A DNA stretch of 64,000 bases from assembly GCA_043758105.1 (NCBI GenBank), contig JAYVOF010000038.1:864-64863 (forward strand), written 5' to 3'. The notes under the pieces are model-generated. The model was not told the DNA's origin. It made no database searches and saw nothing but the letters and a program-made list of their open reading frames with translations. Shown piece after piece: positions 9,167-17,967 of the stretch (positions are counted from its first letter, which is position 1; each line of letters opens with the position of its first letter). Source of the stretch: Rhodospirillales bacterium. GTDB lineage: Bacteria; Pseudomonadota; Alphaproteobacteria; Acetobacterales; Acetobacteraceae. The position numbers were made by a program, and so were the translations under genes.

Positions 9167-9193
9167 CCCGAAGGGAGAGGGGCGGGGCGACGG
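9167..9193 (+). repeat. family-1 palindromic repeat, right half (diverged), abutting the IS right end
   Basis: CCCGAAGGGAGAGGGGCGGGGCGACGG compares with the consensus GGGAGAGGGTTGGGGTGAGGG. The following AGACGACA resembles the AAACGACA that follows other copies. Confidence 0.6.
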
Positions 9194-9266
9194 AGACGAC
9201 AGGCACCAAACTTGGTCAGTGTATCACCCTAGCAGTCACTCCGGCGGAGGAAAGCGCCGGTTGTTT

Positions 9267-9306
9267 CCCTCACCCTCCCCCTCTCCCGAGGGGAGAGGGG
9301 GAGGTA
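9267..9306 (-). repeat. family-1 palindromic repeat, inverted orientation
   Basis: CCCTCACCCTCCCCCTCTCCCGAGGGGAGAGGGGGAGG. It lies about 73 nt from the split forward copy, giving the same forward-spacer-reverse architecture as at 37.5 and 41.1 kb. Confidence 0.7.
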
Positions 9307-9310
9307 AGGG

Positions 9311-9832
9311 CTACTTCGCCGCGGCGATTGCCTTAATAATGACGGCTTCGGCGGCGGCTTTGTCCATCCAGCCGGTGACCTTTACCCATTTGCCGGGCTC
9401 GAGGTCCTTGTAACGGGTAAAGAAATGCTCGATCGCCTGGCGGGTGATGAGCGGCAGGTCTTCGATCTTGTGCACGTCGGTGTACATCGTGTGGATCTTG
9501 TCATGCGGCACACAGATGATTTTTTCGTCCTGGCCGCTTTCGTCTTCCATTTGCAGCATGCCGATCGGGCGGCAGCGGATCACGGCGCCGGGGACCATCG
9601 GCGCCGGGGCCAGCACCAGCGCGTCCGCCGGGTCACCGTCATCGGCCAGGGTGCCGGGGATGAAGCCGTAAGCGGCCGGGTAGGCCATGGGGGTGAACAG
9701 GAAGCGGTCCACGAAGATGGCACCGCTGGCCTTATCGACCTCGTATTTTACTTGGGACCCTTGCGGAATCTCGATCACCACGTTGATGTCGTGCGGCGCG
9801 TCTTTGCCGGTGGGGATTTTCGAGATGTCCAT
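9311..9832 (-). CDS. ppa: inorganic pyrophosphatase
   Basis: 173 aa family I PPase: [35 protein letters not shown] and DEKIICVP. Confidence 0.9.
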   Translation of the reverse strand: MDISKIPTGKDAPHDINVVIEIPQGSQVKYEVDKASGAIFVDRFLFTPMAYPAAYGFIPGTLADDGDPADALVLAPAPMVPGAVIRCRPIGMLQMEDESGQDEKIICVPHDKIHTMYTDVHKIEDLPLITRQAIEHFFTRYKDLEPGKWVKVTGWMDKAAAEAVIIKAIAAAK

Positions 9833-9921
9833 CGGGTGTATCCTGTGTTGCGGGCCGGACCATACTCAGACGCGCCGGGCTTGCCAATTCGGCCCCGGTG
9901 CGGGCATTGAAGTCCGCGCAC

Positions 9922-9995
9922 GCGCCTGTAGCTCAGTTGGTTAGAGCGGGCCGCTCATAACGGCTTGGTCGCAGGTTCGAGTCCTGCCGGGCGCA
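9922..9995 (+). tRNA. tRNA with CAU anticodon (Met; an Ile2/lysidine-type cannot be excluded)
   Basis: It folds by hand as a cloverleaf: acceptor GCGCCTG/CGGGCGC (one G-U), D-arm GCTC-AGTTGGTTA-GAGC, anticodon stem GGCCG/CGGCT with loop CTCATAA, T-arm GCAGG-TTCGAGT-CCTGC, discriminator A. CCA is not encoded. Confidence 0.85.
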
Positions 9996-10022
9996 GCGTT
10001 TTTCCTTGGAGGAGCCTTCCAC

Positions 10023-11702
10023 ATGGCCGCGTATCAGTATGTTTATGTGATGAAGGACGTGACCAAGGCCTTCCCGGGCGGGCGCGAGGTGTTCAAGGGC
10101 ATCACCCTGTCCTTCCTGCCCGGCGTCAAAATCGGCATCTTGGGCGTGAACGGCGCGGGTAAATCGACCCTGCTGAAGATCATGGCTGGGATCGAGAAGG
10201 AATTCGGCGGCGAAGCCTGGGCGGCCGAAGGCGTCCGGATCGGCTATCTCGAGCAGGAGCCGCGGCTCGATGATGACAAGACGGTGGCCGAAAACGTCCT
10301 GAAGGCGTTCGGCAAGCTCACCGCGGCACTCGCGCGATTCAACGCCATCAGCGAGGAATTCGCCGAGCCGATGGAAGAGGAGCAGATGAACACGCTGCTG
10401 GCCGAGCAGGCGGAGCTGCAGGAGCTGATCGATGCCGAGGATGGCTGGGATCTGGACCGGCGGATCGAGATTGCGCTGGATGCGCTCCGCTGCCCGCCGC
10501 CGGACACGCCGGTGCTGAAACTGTCGGGCGGCGAGCGGCGCCGGGTGGCGCTGTGCCGGTTGTTGCTGGAAAAGCCGGATTTGCTGTTGCTGGACGAGCC
10601 GACGAACCATTTAGACGCCGAAAGCGTGGCGTGGCTCGAAAAGACGCTGCGGGACTTCGCCGGCACGGTCATGATCATCACGCATGACCGGTATTTCCTC
10701 GACAACGTAACCAACTGGATTTTGGAGATCGAGCGGGGCCGCGGTTATCCATTCGAGGGCAATTACTCGTCCTGGCTGGCGCAGAAGCGGAAGCGGTTGC
10801 AGCAGGAGGAGAAGGAGGAGAGCTCCCGGCAGCGGGCCTTGGCGGCCGAGGAAGAGTGGATCCAGTCGAGCCCGCGGGCGCGGCAGACCAAAAGCCGGGC
10901 GCGGATCGCGAAATACGAGGAGATGCAGGCCAAGTCGCAGGAAATGCAGACGGGCGTGGCCGAGATCGTCATTCCGCCCGGTCCGCGTCTGGGAAGTTTG
11001 GTGATTCAGGCCGACAAGGTCCGGAAAGTATTCGGCAACCGGCTGTTGATCGACGATCTAGACTTCAAGTTGCCACCGGGTGGGATCGTGGGGGTCATCG
11101 GGCCGAACGGCGCGGGTAAGACGACACTGTTCCGGATGATCACCGGGCAGGAGCAGCCGGATGGTGGTGAGCTGAAGGTCGGTGACACGGTGAAACTCGG
11201 CTATGTCGATCAGTCGCGTGACAGTTTGGATGCCACCAAATCGGTGTGGGAGGAGATCAGCGGCGGCACGGACGTGATCCATCTCGGTAAGCGGACGGTG
11301 CCGTCCCGGGCCTATGTGGGCGCGTTCAACTTCAAGGGCTCGGACCAGCAGAAAAAGGTTGGCATTTTGTCGGGCGGTGAGCGGAACCGGGTGCATTTGG
11401 CCAAGATGTTGAAGTCGGAGAGCAACGTGATCCTGTTGGATGAACCGACCAACGACCTCGATGTCGATACGTTGCGGGCGCTGGAAGAGGCGCTGGAGGA
11501 GTTCGCCGGGTGTGCTGTGATCATCAGCCATGACCGCTGGTTCCTGGACCGGTTGGCCACACACATCCTCGCCTTCGAGGGCGACAGCCACGTCGAGTGG
11601 TTCGAGGGCAATTTCCAGGCGTATGAAGAGGATAAGCGACGTCGATTGGGTGACGCCGCGGTGGAGCCGCACAGGATCAAATACCGGCCCCTCGCCCGCT
11701 GA
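10023..11702 (+). CDS. ettA: energy-dependent translational throttle ABC-F protein
   Basis: 559 aa with two ABC cassettes ([20 protein letters not shown]; [20 protein letters not shown]). The EttA-type N-terminus ([22 protein letters not shown]) and the C-terminal PHRIKYRPL are present. Confidence 0.9.
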   Translation: MAAYQYVYVMKDVTKAFPGGREVFKGITLSFLPGVKIGILGVNGAGKSTLLKIMAGIEKEFGGEAWAAEGVRIGYLEQEPRLDDDKTVAENVLKAFGKLTAALARFNAISEEFAEPMEEEQMNTLLAEQAELQELIDAEDGWDLDRRIEIALDALRCPPPDTPVLKLSGGERRRVALCRLLLEKPDLLLLDEPTNHLDAESVAWLEKTLRDFAGTVMIITHDRYFLDNVTNWILEIERGRGYPFEGNYSSWLAQKRKRLQQEEKEESSRQRALAAEEEWIQSSPRARQTKSRARIAKYEEMQAKSQEMQTGVAEIVIPPGPRLGSLVIQADKVRKVFGNRLLIDDLDFKLPPGGIVGVIGPNGAGKTTLFRMITGQEQPDGGELKVGDTVKLGYVDQSRDSLDATKSVWEEISGGTDVIHLGKRTVPSRAYVGAFNFKGSDQQKKVGILSGGERNRVHLAKMLKSESNVILLDEPTNDLDVDTLRALEEALEEFAGCAVIISHDRWFLDRLATHILAFEGDSHVEWFEGNFQAYEEDKRRRLGDAAVEPHRIKYRPLAR

Positions 11703-11711
11703 GGCTCGGCC

Positions 11712-12248
11712 ATGAACCCGGCCTGGGAGATCCAGACCGGGCGGCTGCGGCTGATCCCGGTGAACTGGCAGGACCTGCCGGACCTCGTGTCATTGAAGGG
11801 TGACCCGGGCGTGTATGCGCAGATGCTGGGGGGCGTCGCCGGGCCGCAACGCGTGGCGGAGGAGCTGGCACGGGACACGAGTTTCTGGGCGGCGCGCGGT
11901 GTGGGCATGTGGATGGTGCGGGAGGGTGGTGCGGCTGTGGGCCTCACCGGCATCCATGACCGGCCCGACGGACGGGGGCTCGCGTTGCGATTTGCGTTTC
12001 GTCCGGAGGCGCGCGGCAAGGGGTTGGGGCGGGAGGCGGCGGGCGCTGGCCTGCGGTTTGCGCATGACCGGGCCGGCCTTGCCCGGGTGATCGCGGTCGC
12101 CCGCCAGGGGAACATCGCGTCCCGCACCCTCCTGGGGTCGATCGGGATGCGATCGTTTGAAACCTTTTTACGCGATGGCGAGCAAGTTCACGTTTACGAG
12201 AGCTGTGCGCCCACCATCAGCTCGCCAATTGACGCTTCATGGCGGTGA
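11712..12248 (+). CDS. GNAT-family N-acetyltransferase
   Basis: About 178 aa. TGRLRLIPVNWQDLPDL at the N-terminus and a RGKGLGREA acetyl-CoA-binding-type motif fit the RimJ/RimL-like pattern. Confidence 0.6.
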   Translation: MNPAWEIQTGRLRLIPVNWQDLPDLVSLKGDPGVYAQMLGGVAGPQRVAEELARDTSFWAARGVGMWMVREGGAAVGLTGIHDRPDGRGLALRFAFRPEARGKGLGREAAGAGLRFAHDRAGLARVIAVARQGNIASRTLLGSIGMRSFETFLRDGEQVHVYESCAPTISSPIDASWR

Positions 12249-12813
12249 TCAGAGCGTCCACATTACCCCCGTTCTGCGACAGGTACGAGGCATAGTCGTT
12301 ACGCTGCGTGAGCCGTAGGCTGGTGCCTTCGGCCTTCACATCGATGATCTTCGGCTGACCGCCGGCAGAGTTCACCACCCATTGCACGTTATTCGGCTGC
12401 TGATTGGGCCGTTGAATGAGCGTGCCGACCAGCGCGCCCTCCTCACTCTGCGTCGTTGTGGTGGGCTTGAATGTGACGCCCTCATACTGGCCGATTTTTC
12501 CGAAGATATTGTTCAGCAGAACCTGGTGAAATAGCCTGGTATATTCCTGGACCTGCTGCGGCGTCGCGGTCCGGCTAAACCGGCCAAGGCAGAAGCGGGC
12601 GATCCCGTCCACGTCCACGTCTTTCTCGATGAGCGGGACCAAACGCTGCTTCTTGTCCTCATACGCGCCCGGCGAATTCACGATTTGCGTCAGCGAATTT
12701 CCCAAACTGACCACGAACGATGTGGCGTCAAACGATTGAGCCCACGCGCGAGGCACCACGAATGCGGTGGCGGCTGCGGCGGTCAAGGTGAGCAGGTGGC
12801 GGCGTGTGAGCAT
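12217..12813 (-). CDS. MlaC/Ttg2D-family periplasmic lipid-binding protein
   Basis: A signal peptide (LLTLTAAAATAFVVPRAWAQ) and the motifs VDVDGIARFCLGRFSRTATPQQVQEYTRLF and QWVV...IIDV...GTSLRLTQRNDYASYL are typical of the toluene-tolerance Ttg2D/MlaC family. It lies adjacent to mlaA. Confidence 0.7.
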   Translation of the reverse strand: MLTRRHLLTLTAAAATAFVVPRAWAQSFDATSFVVSLGNSLTQIVNSPGAYEDKKQRLVPLIEKDVDVDGIARFCLGRFSRTATPQQVQEYTRLFHQVLLNNIFGKIGQYEGVTFKPTTTTQSEEGALVGTLIQRPNQQPNNVQWVVNSAGGQPKIIDVKAEGTSLRLTQRNDYASYLSQNGGNVDALITAMKRQLAS

Positions 12814-12822
12814 CGGTAAGCC

Positions 12823-13578
12823 TCAGTGATTGAACCAAGCGGGGATTGTCGCCTTTTCATCGGCGCGGGTGGTGGCGATATCCGCGCTCCGGTTTTGACG
12901 ATAGAGGCTGCGGAAAGTTGCGTATGGGTCTAGCGCAGCTTTTTTAACCTGTTCGACCGGGTCCAGCAGGCGCTCCCGGGAATCCACCAAACCGACGCCG
13001 AAGCGGGAATACTCCAAGGTCTTGACGCCGCCGAACGACGCGTACGTCAAGGGATCGAGCCCGAAATTCGCGACGAAGCCAGCGGCATCCCGCGGATTGG
13101 AGGGGCCGAACAGCGGCAGGAACAGGAACGGCCCATCCCCCACGCCCCACAACGCCATGGTCACGCCGAAATCCGTCTCGTGTTGCTTATACCCCAGGTC
13201 GCTCGCGATATCGAATAGCCCGCCGACGCCGGCCGTGCTGTTGATCAAGAACCGCATCAGCGTCGTGCCCGCCCGGCGCGGCTTGGTCTGCAGCACGTCA
13301 TTGGCGAACACCGCCGGGCTCGAGATATTGGCCAGCACGTTGTGGATCGGCCGGCGCACCCCGCCGGGCACCACGTCGCGATACCCGCGGGCAACCGGGG
13401 CGAAAATGTAGGTGTCGAGCCCATCATTGATCCGGTAAAACACCCGGTTCGCCGGCTCGATCGGGTCATTATTGGCCTGGAATTCCGCCATCGCGTCCGG
13501 GTCACTCGCGGGCGGGCGGGTGGCGCAGGCGGACAGCATCAGCGCCGCGGTAAGGGCCAGCATAGGGCGAAACAGCAT
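12823..13578 (-). CDS. mlaA: MlaA/VacJ-family outer-membrane lipoprotein
   Basis: Lipobox LMLSAC, plus DPIEPANRVFYRINDGLDTYIFAPVARGY, NSTAGVGGLFD and LPLFGPSNPRD, the VacJ signature segments. Confidence 0.8.
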   Translation of the reverse strand: MLFRPMLALTAALMLSACATRPPASDPDAMAEFQANNDPIEPANRVFYRINDGLDTYIFAPVARGYRDVVPGGVRRPIHNVLANISSPAVFANDVLQTKPRRAGTTLMRFLINSTAGVGGLFDIASDLGYKQHETDFGVTMALWGVGDGPFLFLPLFGPSNPRDAAGFVANFGLDPLTYASFGGVKTLEYSRFGVGLVDSRERLLDPVEQVKKAALDPYATFRSLYRQNRSADIATTRADEKATIPAWFNH

Positions 13579-13743
13579 CGAGCACCTTCACTCATTTTTA
13601 GCCGCAATCCCGGCTATCGTGCCACGATAGGCTATCCAGTGTTAAAACAACGTTAGGATCCACGGTAGCGTTGCCGTGAACGTGGCGTATATTAAACTGG
13701 CCACATCGTAACATGCACGATCACAACCCGGATAGCCCAACCC

Positions 13744-14709
13744 ATGAACGAGATGTCCCCCGTCACGCACGAGCCCACGCTGGAACGCTGGCTGACCGGC
13801 CCGCGCTTTGCGGCCCTACCCGCCCCGAGCGTGGCGGCGGTGCCGGCGCTGTCGTTCGAATTCTTCCCGCCGAAGACCGACGCGCTCGAGGCGCAGCTCT
13901 GGTCCTGCGTCCGCCGGCTAGAACGGCTGCATCCGCGCTTCGTGTCCGTCACCTATGGCGCGGGCGGTACGACGCAGGCCCGCACCCACGCGACGGTGAC
14001 GCGGCTGGTGAAGGAGACCTCACTCACGCCCGCCGCGCATCTAACCTGTGTCGGCGCTCCGCGCGGCGAGGTGGATGACGTGGCGCGGGAATACTGGGAC
14101 GCAGGCGTGCGGCACATCGTGGCACTGCGGGGCGACGCGCCGCCGGGTCAGGACTATGAACCGCATCCGGATGGGTATGCGTATGCGTCCGACCTGGTCG
14201 AGGGGCTGCGCCGGGTGGCCCCGTTCGAAATTTCAGTCGCGGCCTATCCAGAGGTGCATCCGACGGCACTGGGCCCGGCGGACGATCTGGATAATCTCAA
14301 GCGCAAGCTGGATGCCGGGGCGACGCGGGCGATCACGCAATATTTCTTCGACGGCACGATATTCCTGCGCTTCCTGGACCGGGCTTTGGCCGCCGGCATC
14401 ACCGCGCCGATCGTGCCCGGCATCATGCCCGTCTCCAACTACGCGCAGGCCGCGAAATTCAGCGCCATGTGCGGCGCCAGCATGCCGGACTGGATGGGCA
14501 CGCTATTCGAGGGCACCGAGGACGACCCTGAGACTCGCCGCATGATCGGTGCCATCGCCGCCGCCGAACAAGTCCGGCTGCTGCAGGCCAACGGCGTGGA
14601 CGAGTTCCATTTCTACACGCTGAACCGCGCGGACCTCACCTTCGCGATCGCGCATCTGCTGGGCGTCCGAGCCACCGCCGATACAGCGGGCGCAGCAAAA
14701 ACGGACTGA
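13744..14709 (+). CDS. metF: 5,10-methylenetetrahydrofolate reductase
   Basis: SFEFFPPKT, FVSVTYGAGGTT, HLTC, ALRGD, ITQYFFD and GIMPV are classical MetF blocks. Confidence 0.85.
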   Translation: MNEMSPVTHEPTLERWLTGPRFAALPAPSVAAVPALSFEFFPPKTDALEAQLWSCVRRLERLHPRFVSVTYGAGGTTQARTHATVTRLVKETSLTPAAHLTCVGAPRGEVDDVAREYWDAGVRHIVALRGDAPPGQDYEPHPDGYAYASDLVEGLRRVAPFEISVAAYPEVHPTALGPADDLDNLKRKLDAGATRAITQYFFDGTIFLRFLDRALAAGITAPIVPGIMPVSNYAQAAKFSAMCGASMPDWMGTLFEGTEDDPETRRMIGAIAAAEQVRLLQANGVDEFHFYTLNRADLTFAIAHLLGVRATADTAGAAKTD

Positions 14710-15574
14710 GGAACAGCGGCAACTGGCACAGCCCAAAGAACAGCGCGATCTTCGGATTGGCGGCGGCGGGCAGCACCGCGAGATACAGCGCCATGTTGCG
14801 GTTGCCGCTCATGAGGCCCGCAGTCGCGGCCATACGCGTGCCGAGCCGGGTGAAGACCCCAGTGGTCACCACATTCAGACCGTAATCCACGATGAACGCC
14901 GCGAGCACGGCCTGCACCACCCAGCCGGGGTCCACCATGACCCGCGCCTGCAAGCCGTCCATCACCGCAAATCCGTAGAACACCATTAGCCAGACCAGCG
15001 CCCCGTCCGTCGCGTCCGCCCAGCGCCGTAACCCATCGCGGCCCATCACCTGGCGCAGCGCCAACGAGATCAGCATCGGCACGCCGACCACAAGGCCGAG
15101 CCGCCCCATGAAGGCGCCGGTGCTGATCGCGAGGTCGATGCCCATCAGCGCCGTGACCATGGGCGGCGCCGTGAGCGGCACCAGGAACGTGGTGGCGAGC
15201 GTCACCAGCAACGACAATTCCGGGTCGAGTCCCACGAGCCGGGCAAAGGCGGCGCTGGAGGTCGCGGCGCAGCCGGTGGCAAAGATCACCAGCCCGTCGC
15301 GGATCGCCGGGTCCAGCCCGAGCGGGGCGGTTATGGCCCACACCAGCACCGGGCAGACCAGCAGCTGCACCGCGATCAACAAGGTGACCCGCCCCGGACG
15401 CCGCAAATGCGCCAGCGTCCCCGGAATATCCACCCGCAACAACACCAGCGTCATCAGCGCCACCACGACCGGACTCACGATCCCATGCAATTCCGCCGCA
15501 AGGCCCGGTGACGCCACGCCGCCGAAGATGCCCAGCGCCAGCAGCAGCGGGCCCTGCCGCCCGGACGCCGCCAT
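14636..15574 (-). CDS. bile acid:sodium symporter (BASS/SBF)-family membrane transporter
   Basis: A polytopic hydrophobic protein with GLMSGNRNMALYLAVLP, a BASS-type motif. The start is placed at ATG 15572-15574 rather than 15637, because the longer form would cover the uvrD promoter and SOS box. The 3' end overlaps metF convergently. Confidence 0.55.
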   Translation of the reverse strand: MAASGRQGPLLLALGIFGGVASPGLAAELHGIVSPVVVALMTLVLLRVDIPGTLAHLRRPGRVTLLIAVQLLVCPVLVWAITAPLGLDPAIRDGLVIFATGCAATSSAAFARLVGLDPELSLLVTLATTFLVPLTAPPMVTALMGIDLAISTGAFMGRLGLVVGVPMLISLALRQVMGRDGLRRWADATDGALVWLMVFYGFAVMDGLQARVMVDPGWVVQAVLAAFIVDYGLNVVTTGVFTRLGTRMAATAGLMSGNRNMALYLAVLPAAANPKIALFFGLCQLPLFLSPFLLRPLYRRWLGRPADARSRR

Positions 15575-15598
15575 GAATCGCCGTAGCGGGTTGGCCCC

Positions 15599-15613
15599 GT
15601 TCGCCACCCGTTC
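15599..15613 (+). promoter_or_regulatory. candidate alphaproteobacterial LexA (SOS) box GTTC-N7-GTTC upstream of uvrD
   Basis: The sequence is GTTCGCCACCCGTTC, followed directly by TATATT (15614-15619, -10-like), about 30 nt before the uvrD ATG. Confidence 0.5.
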
Positions 15614-15648
15614 TATATTCCGTCCGTGACGTCGCACATTCCCACACC

Positions 15649-17835
15649 ATGACCGATTACCTTACGCGCTTGAACCCCGAGCAACGTGACGCCGTGGAGG
15701 CGCTGGACGGCCCGGTCCTGGTGCTGGCCGGCGCGGGCACGGGCAAGACTCGGGTGCTGACCACGCGGTTCGCCCACATCCTCCTCACCGGACGCGCGGC
15801 GCCGGGTCAGGTGCTGGCGGTGACGTTCACCAACAAGGCCGCACTCGAGATGCGGGAGCGGGTCAGCGCGATCCTGGGCCGCCCGGCGGAAGGGCTGTGG
15901 CTCGGCACGTTTCACGCCCTATGCGCCCGGATGCTGCGGCGGCATGCGGGGCTGGTGGGGCTGAAATCCGGCTTCACGATCCTGGACAGCGACGACCAGT
16001 TGCGGGTGCTGAAGCAGGTGATGGAAGCGGCGCATTTCGATACCAAGCGCTGGCCGCCGCCCGTGCTGATGGGCATGATCCAGCGCTGGAAGGACCGCGG
16101 CGTCACGCCAGACAAGGTGACCGCCGCCGAGGAGGGCGATTTCGTCGGCGGCCAGTCCCGGGTGCTGTATGCCGCATACCAGGCACGGCTGGCGCAGCTG
16201 AACGTGGCGGATTTTGGCGATTTGCTGCTGCACATGACCGAAATCCTGCGCAACCATCCGGAGGTGCTGGCGCAGTATCACCGGATGTTCCGGTATATTC
16301 TGGTGGATGAATATCAAGACACCAACCTCGTGCAATATCTTTGGCTGCGGCTGCTGGCGCAGGGGCATAAAAACATCTGCTGCGTTGGAGATGATGATCA
16401 GAGCATATATTCCTGGAGAGGCGCAGAAATAGAAAATATTCTGCGATTCGAGAAGGATTTTCCGGGCGCCAAGGTGGTCAAACTTGAGAGCAACTATCGC
16501 TCGACCACGCCGATACTCGGGGCCGCGTCCGGCCTGATCGCCAATAACGAAGGCCGGCTCGGCAAGACGCTGCGCTCAGGCCGCAATGACGCGGATGGCG
16601 AGCCGGTGAGCGTGGTCAGCCTGTGGGATAGCGAGGAAGAGGCGCGGATGGTCGGCGACCAGGCCGAGCAGCTACGGCGGGACGGGCATAAGCTGTCAGA
16701 GATCGCGATCTTGGTGCGCACCTCCGCCCAGACGCGCGCGTTCGAGGAGCGGATGATCAAGCTGGGCCTGCCCTACCGGGTGGTGGGCGGCCTCCGCTTT
16801 TATGAGCGGGCGGAGATCCGGGACGCCATCGCCTATCTGCGCGTGTTGCATCAGCCGGCGGACGATCTGGCGTTCGAGCGGATCGTGAACCTGCCCCGGC
16901 GCGGCGTCGGCGAGGTGGCGTTGCGCGCCATGCACATCGCGGCGCGGGAGCAGAGCATCCCCCTGGCCGAGGCGGCGGAGCGGCTGGTGCAGCAGGGCGC
17001 GCTCAAGGGGAAGATGCGGCAATCGCTGGCGGAATTGTTCCAGGGGCTCGGCCGCTGGCGGGTGCAGATCGCCGCCGAGGGCCATGTCGTGACGGCGGCC
17101 ACGATGCTGGACGAGAGCGGCTATATGGAGATGTGGCGGCAGGACAAATCGCCGGATGCGCCGGGCCGGATTGAAAACCTCAAGGAGCTGGTTCGTGCCT
17201 TGGGGGATTTCGAGACGCTGGCCGGGTTCCTCGATCACGTCTCATTGGTGATGGAAAACGAGCAGAATGCGGGGGATGACAAGCTCAGCATGATGACGTT
17301 GCATGGCGCGAAGGGCCTGGAATTCGACACCGTATTTCTGCCGGGCTGGGAAGAGGGCCTGTTCCCGAGCCAGCGGACGCTCGATGAGGGCGGGTTGAAG
17401 GGCCTCGAGGAGGAACGGCGGCTCGCCTATGTCGGCCTCACCCGGGCGCGGAAACGGGCGGTGGTGAGCTATGCCGCCAATCGTTCGCTGTATGGCAAGT
17501 GGCAGAGCACGATTCCGAGCCGGTTCGTCGAGGAATTGCCGGAGGCTCATGTGGAACGCCGCGGCTCGGCGGCGATGCAGCGGGAAACGCGGCTGATGTC
17601 CGCCCCCAGCGTGTTCACCGGCGGCCCGTTGGTGGCGCGCCGCGCGCAGGAGGTGGGGGCGTGGGAGCTGCCGGAGCGGCCGAAACACGCCGACGCGATT
17701 CCGGTCGGTGCCCGGGTGTTCCACCAGAAATTCGGCTATGGCCAGGTGCTGGCGGTGGATGACGACCGGCTGGAAGTCGAATTCGAGAAGGCCGGGCAGA
17801 AACGGCTGCTGGACCGGTTCGTGGAGAAGGTTTGA
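15649..17835 (+). CDS. uvrD: ATP-dependent DNA helicase UvrD/PcrA family (DNA helicase II)
   Basis: LNPEQRDAVE...GPVLVLAGAGTGKTRVLT, ILVDEYQDTN, NYRST, MTLHGAKGLEF and RRLAYVGLTRAR are SF1 UvrD motifs. Confidence 0.9.
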   Translation: MTDYLTRLNPEQRDAVEALDGPVLVLAGAGTGKTRVLTTRFAHILLTGRAAPGQVLAVTFTNKAALEMRERVSAILGRPAEGLWLGTFHALCARMLRRHAGLVGLKSGFTILDSDDQLRVLKQVMEAAHFDTKRWPPPVLMGMIQRWKDRGVTPDKVTAAEEGDFVGGQSRVLYAAYQARLAQLNVADFGDLLLHMTEILRNHPEVLAQYHRMFRYILVDEYQDTNLVQYLWLRLLAQGHKNICCVGDDDQSIYSWRGAEIENILRFEKDFPGAKVVKLESNYRSTTPILGAASGLIANNEGRLGKTLRSGRNDADGEPVSVVSLWDSEEEARMVGDQAEQLRRDGHKLSEIAILVRTSAQTRAFEERMIKLGLPYRVVGGLRFYERAEIRDAIAYLRVLHQPADDLAFERIVNLPRRGVGEVALRAMHIAAREQSIPLAEAAERLVQQGALKGKMRQSLAELFQGLGRWRVQIAAEGHVVTAATMLDESGYMEMWRQDKSPDAPGRIENLKELVRALGDFETLAGFLDHVSLVMENEQNAGDDKLSMMTLHGAKGLEFDTVFLPGWEEGLFPSQRTLDEGGLKGLEEERRLAYVGLTRARKRAVVSYAANRSLYGKWQSTIPSRFVEELPEAHVERRGSAAMQRETRLMSAPSVFTGGPLVARRAQEVGAWELPERPKHADAIPVGARVFHQKFGYGQVLAVDDDRLEVEFEKAGQKRLLDRFVEKV

Positions 17836-17848
17836 TGGCACGCGCATC

Positions 17849-17946
17849 CGTCATTGCGAGCCCGCTTGGGCGAAGCAATCCAGGGCCAACACGCGCGCTC
17901 ATGGCCCCTGGATCGCCGCGCCCCAAGCGGGGCTCGCGATGACGGG
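17849..17946. repeat. family-2 long palindromic repeat (about 98 bp)
   Basis: CGTCATTGCGAGCCCGCTTGGGCGAAGCAATCCAGGG-(loop)-CCCCTGGATCGCC..CCAAGCGGGGCTCGCGATGACGGG, starting 14 nt after the uvrD stop. Confidence 0.8.
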
Positions 17947-17967
17947 CCTTCCTTCCCGGCTGCTGGT

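Noticed and set aside
7736-9175. A 9-bp target-site duplication for the IS (CCCTCCGGG versus CCCGAAGGG).
   Set aside because: Only 6 of 9 positions match. The similarity is explained by the flanks being the two stems of a palindrome, so it is not claimed as a TSD.
9933-10610. 225-aa minus-strand ORF overlapping the tRNA and ettA.
   Set aside because: It is antisense to a well-supported ettA and runs across a tRNA gene, with no protein motifs.
13579-13743. A SAM-II/SAM-type riboswitch was sought upstream of metF, and likewise upstream of the MetX-like gene (31592..31731).
   Set aside because: I could not find the conserved pseudoknot elements (the ...UUGGCUU... and AAAGCU blocks) by eye. A covariance-model scan would be needed to be sure.
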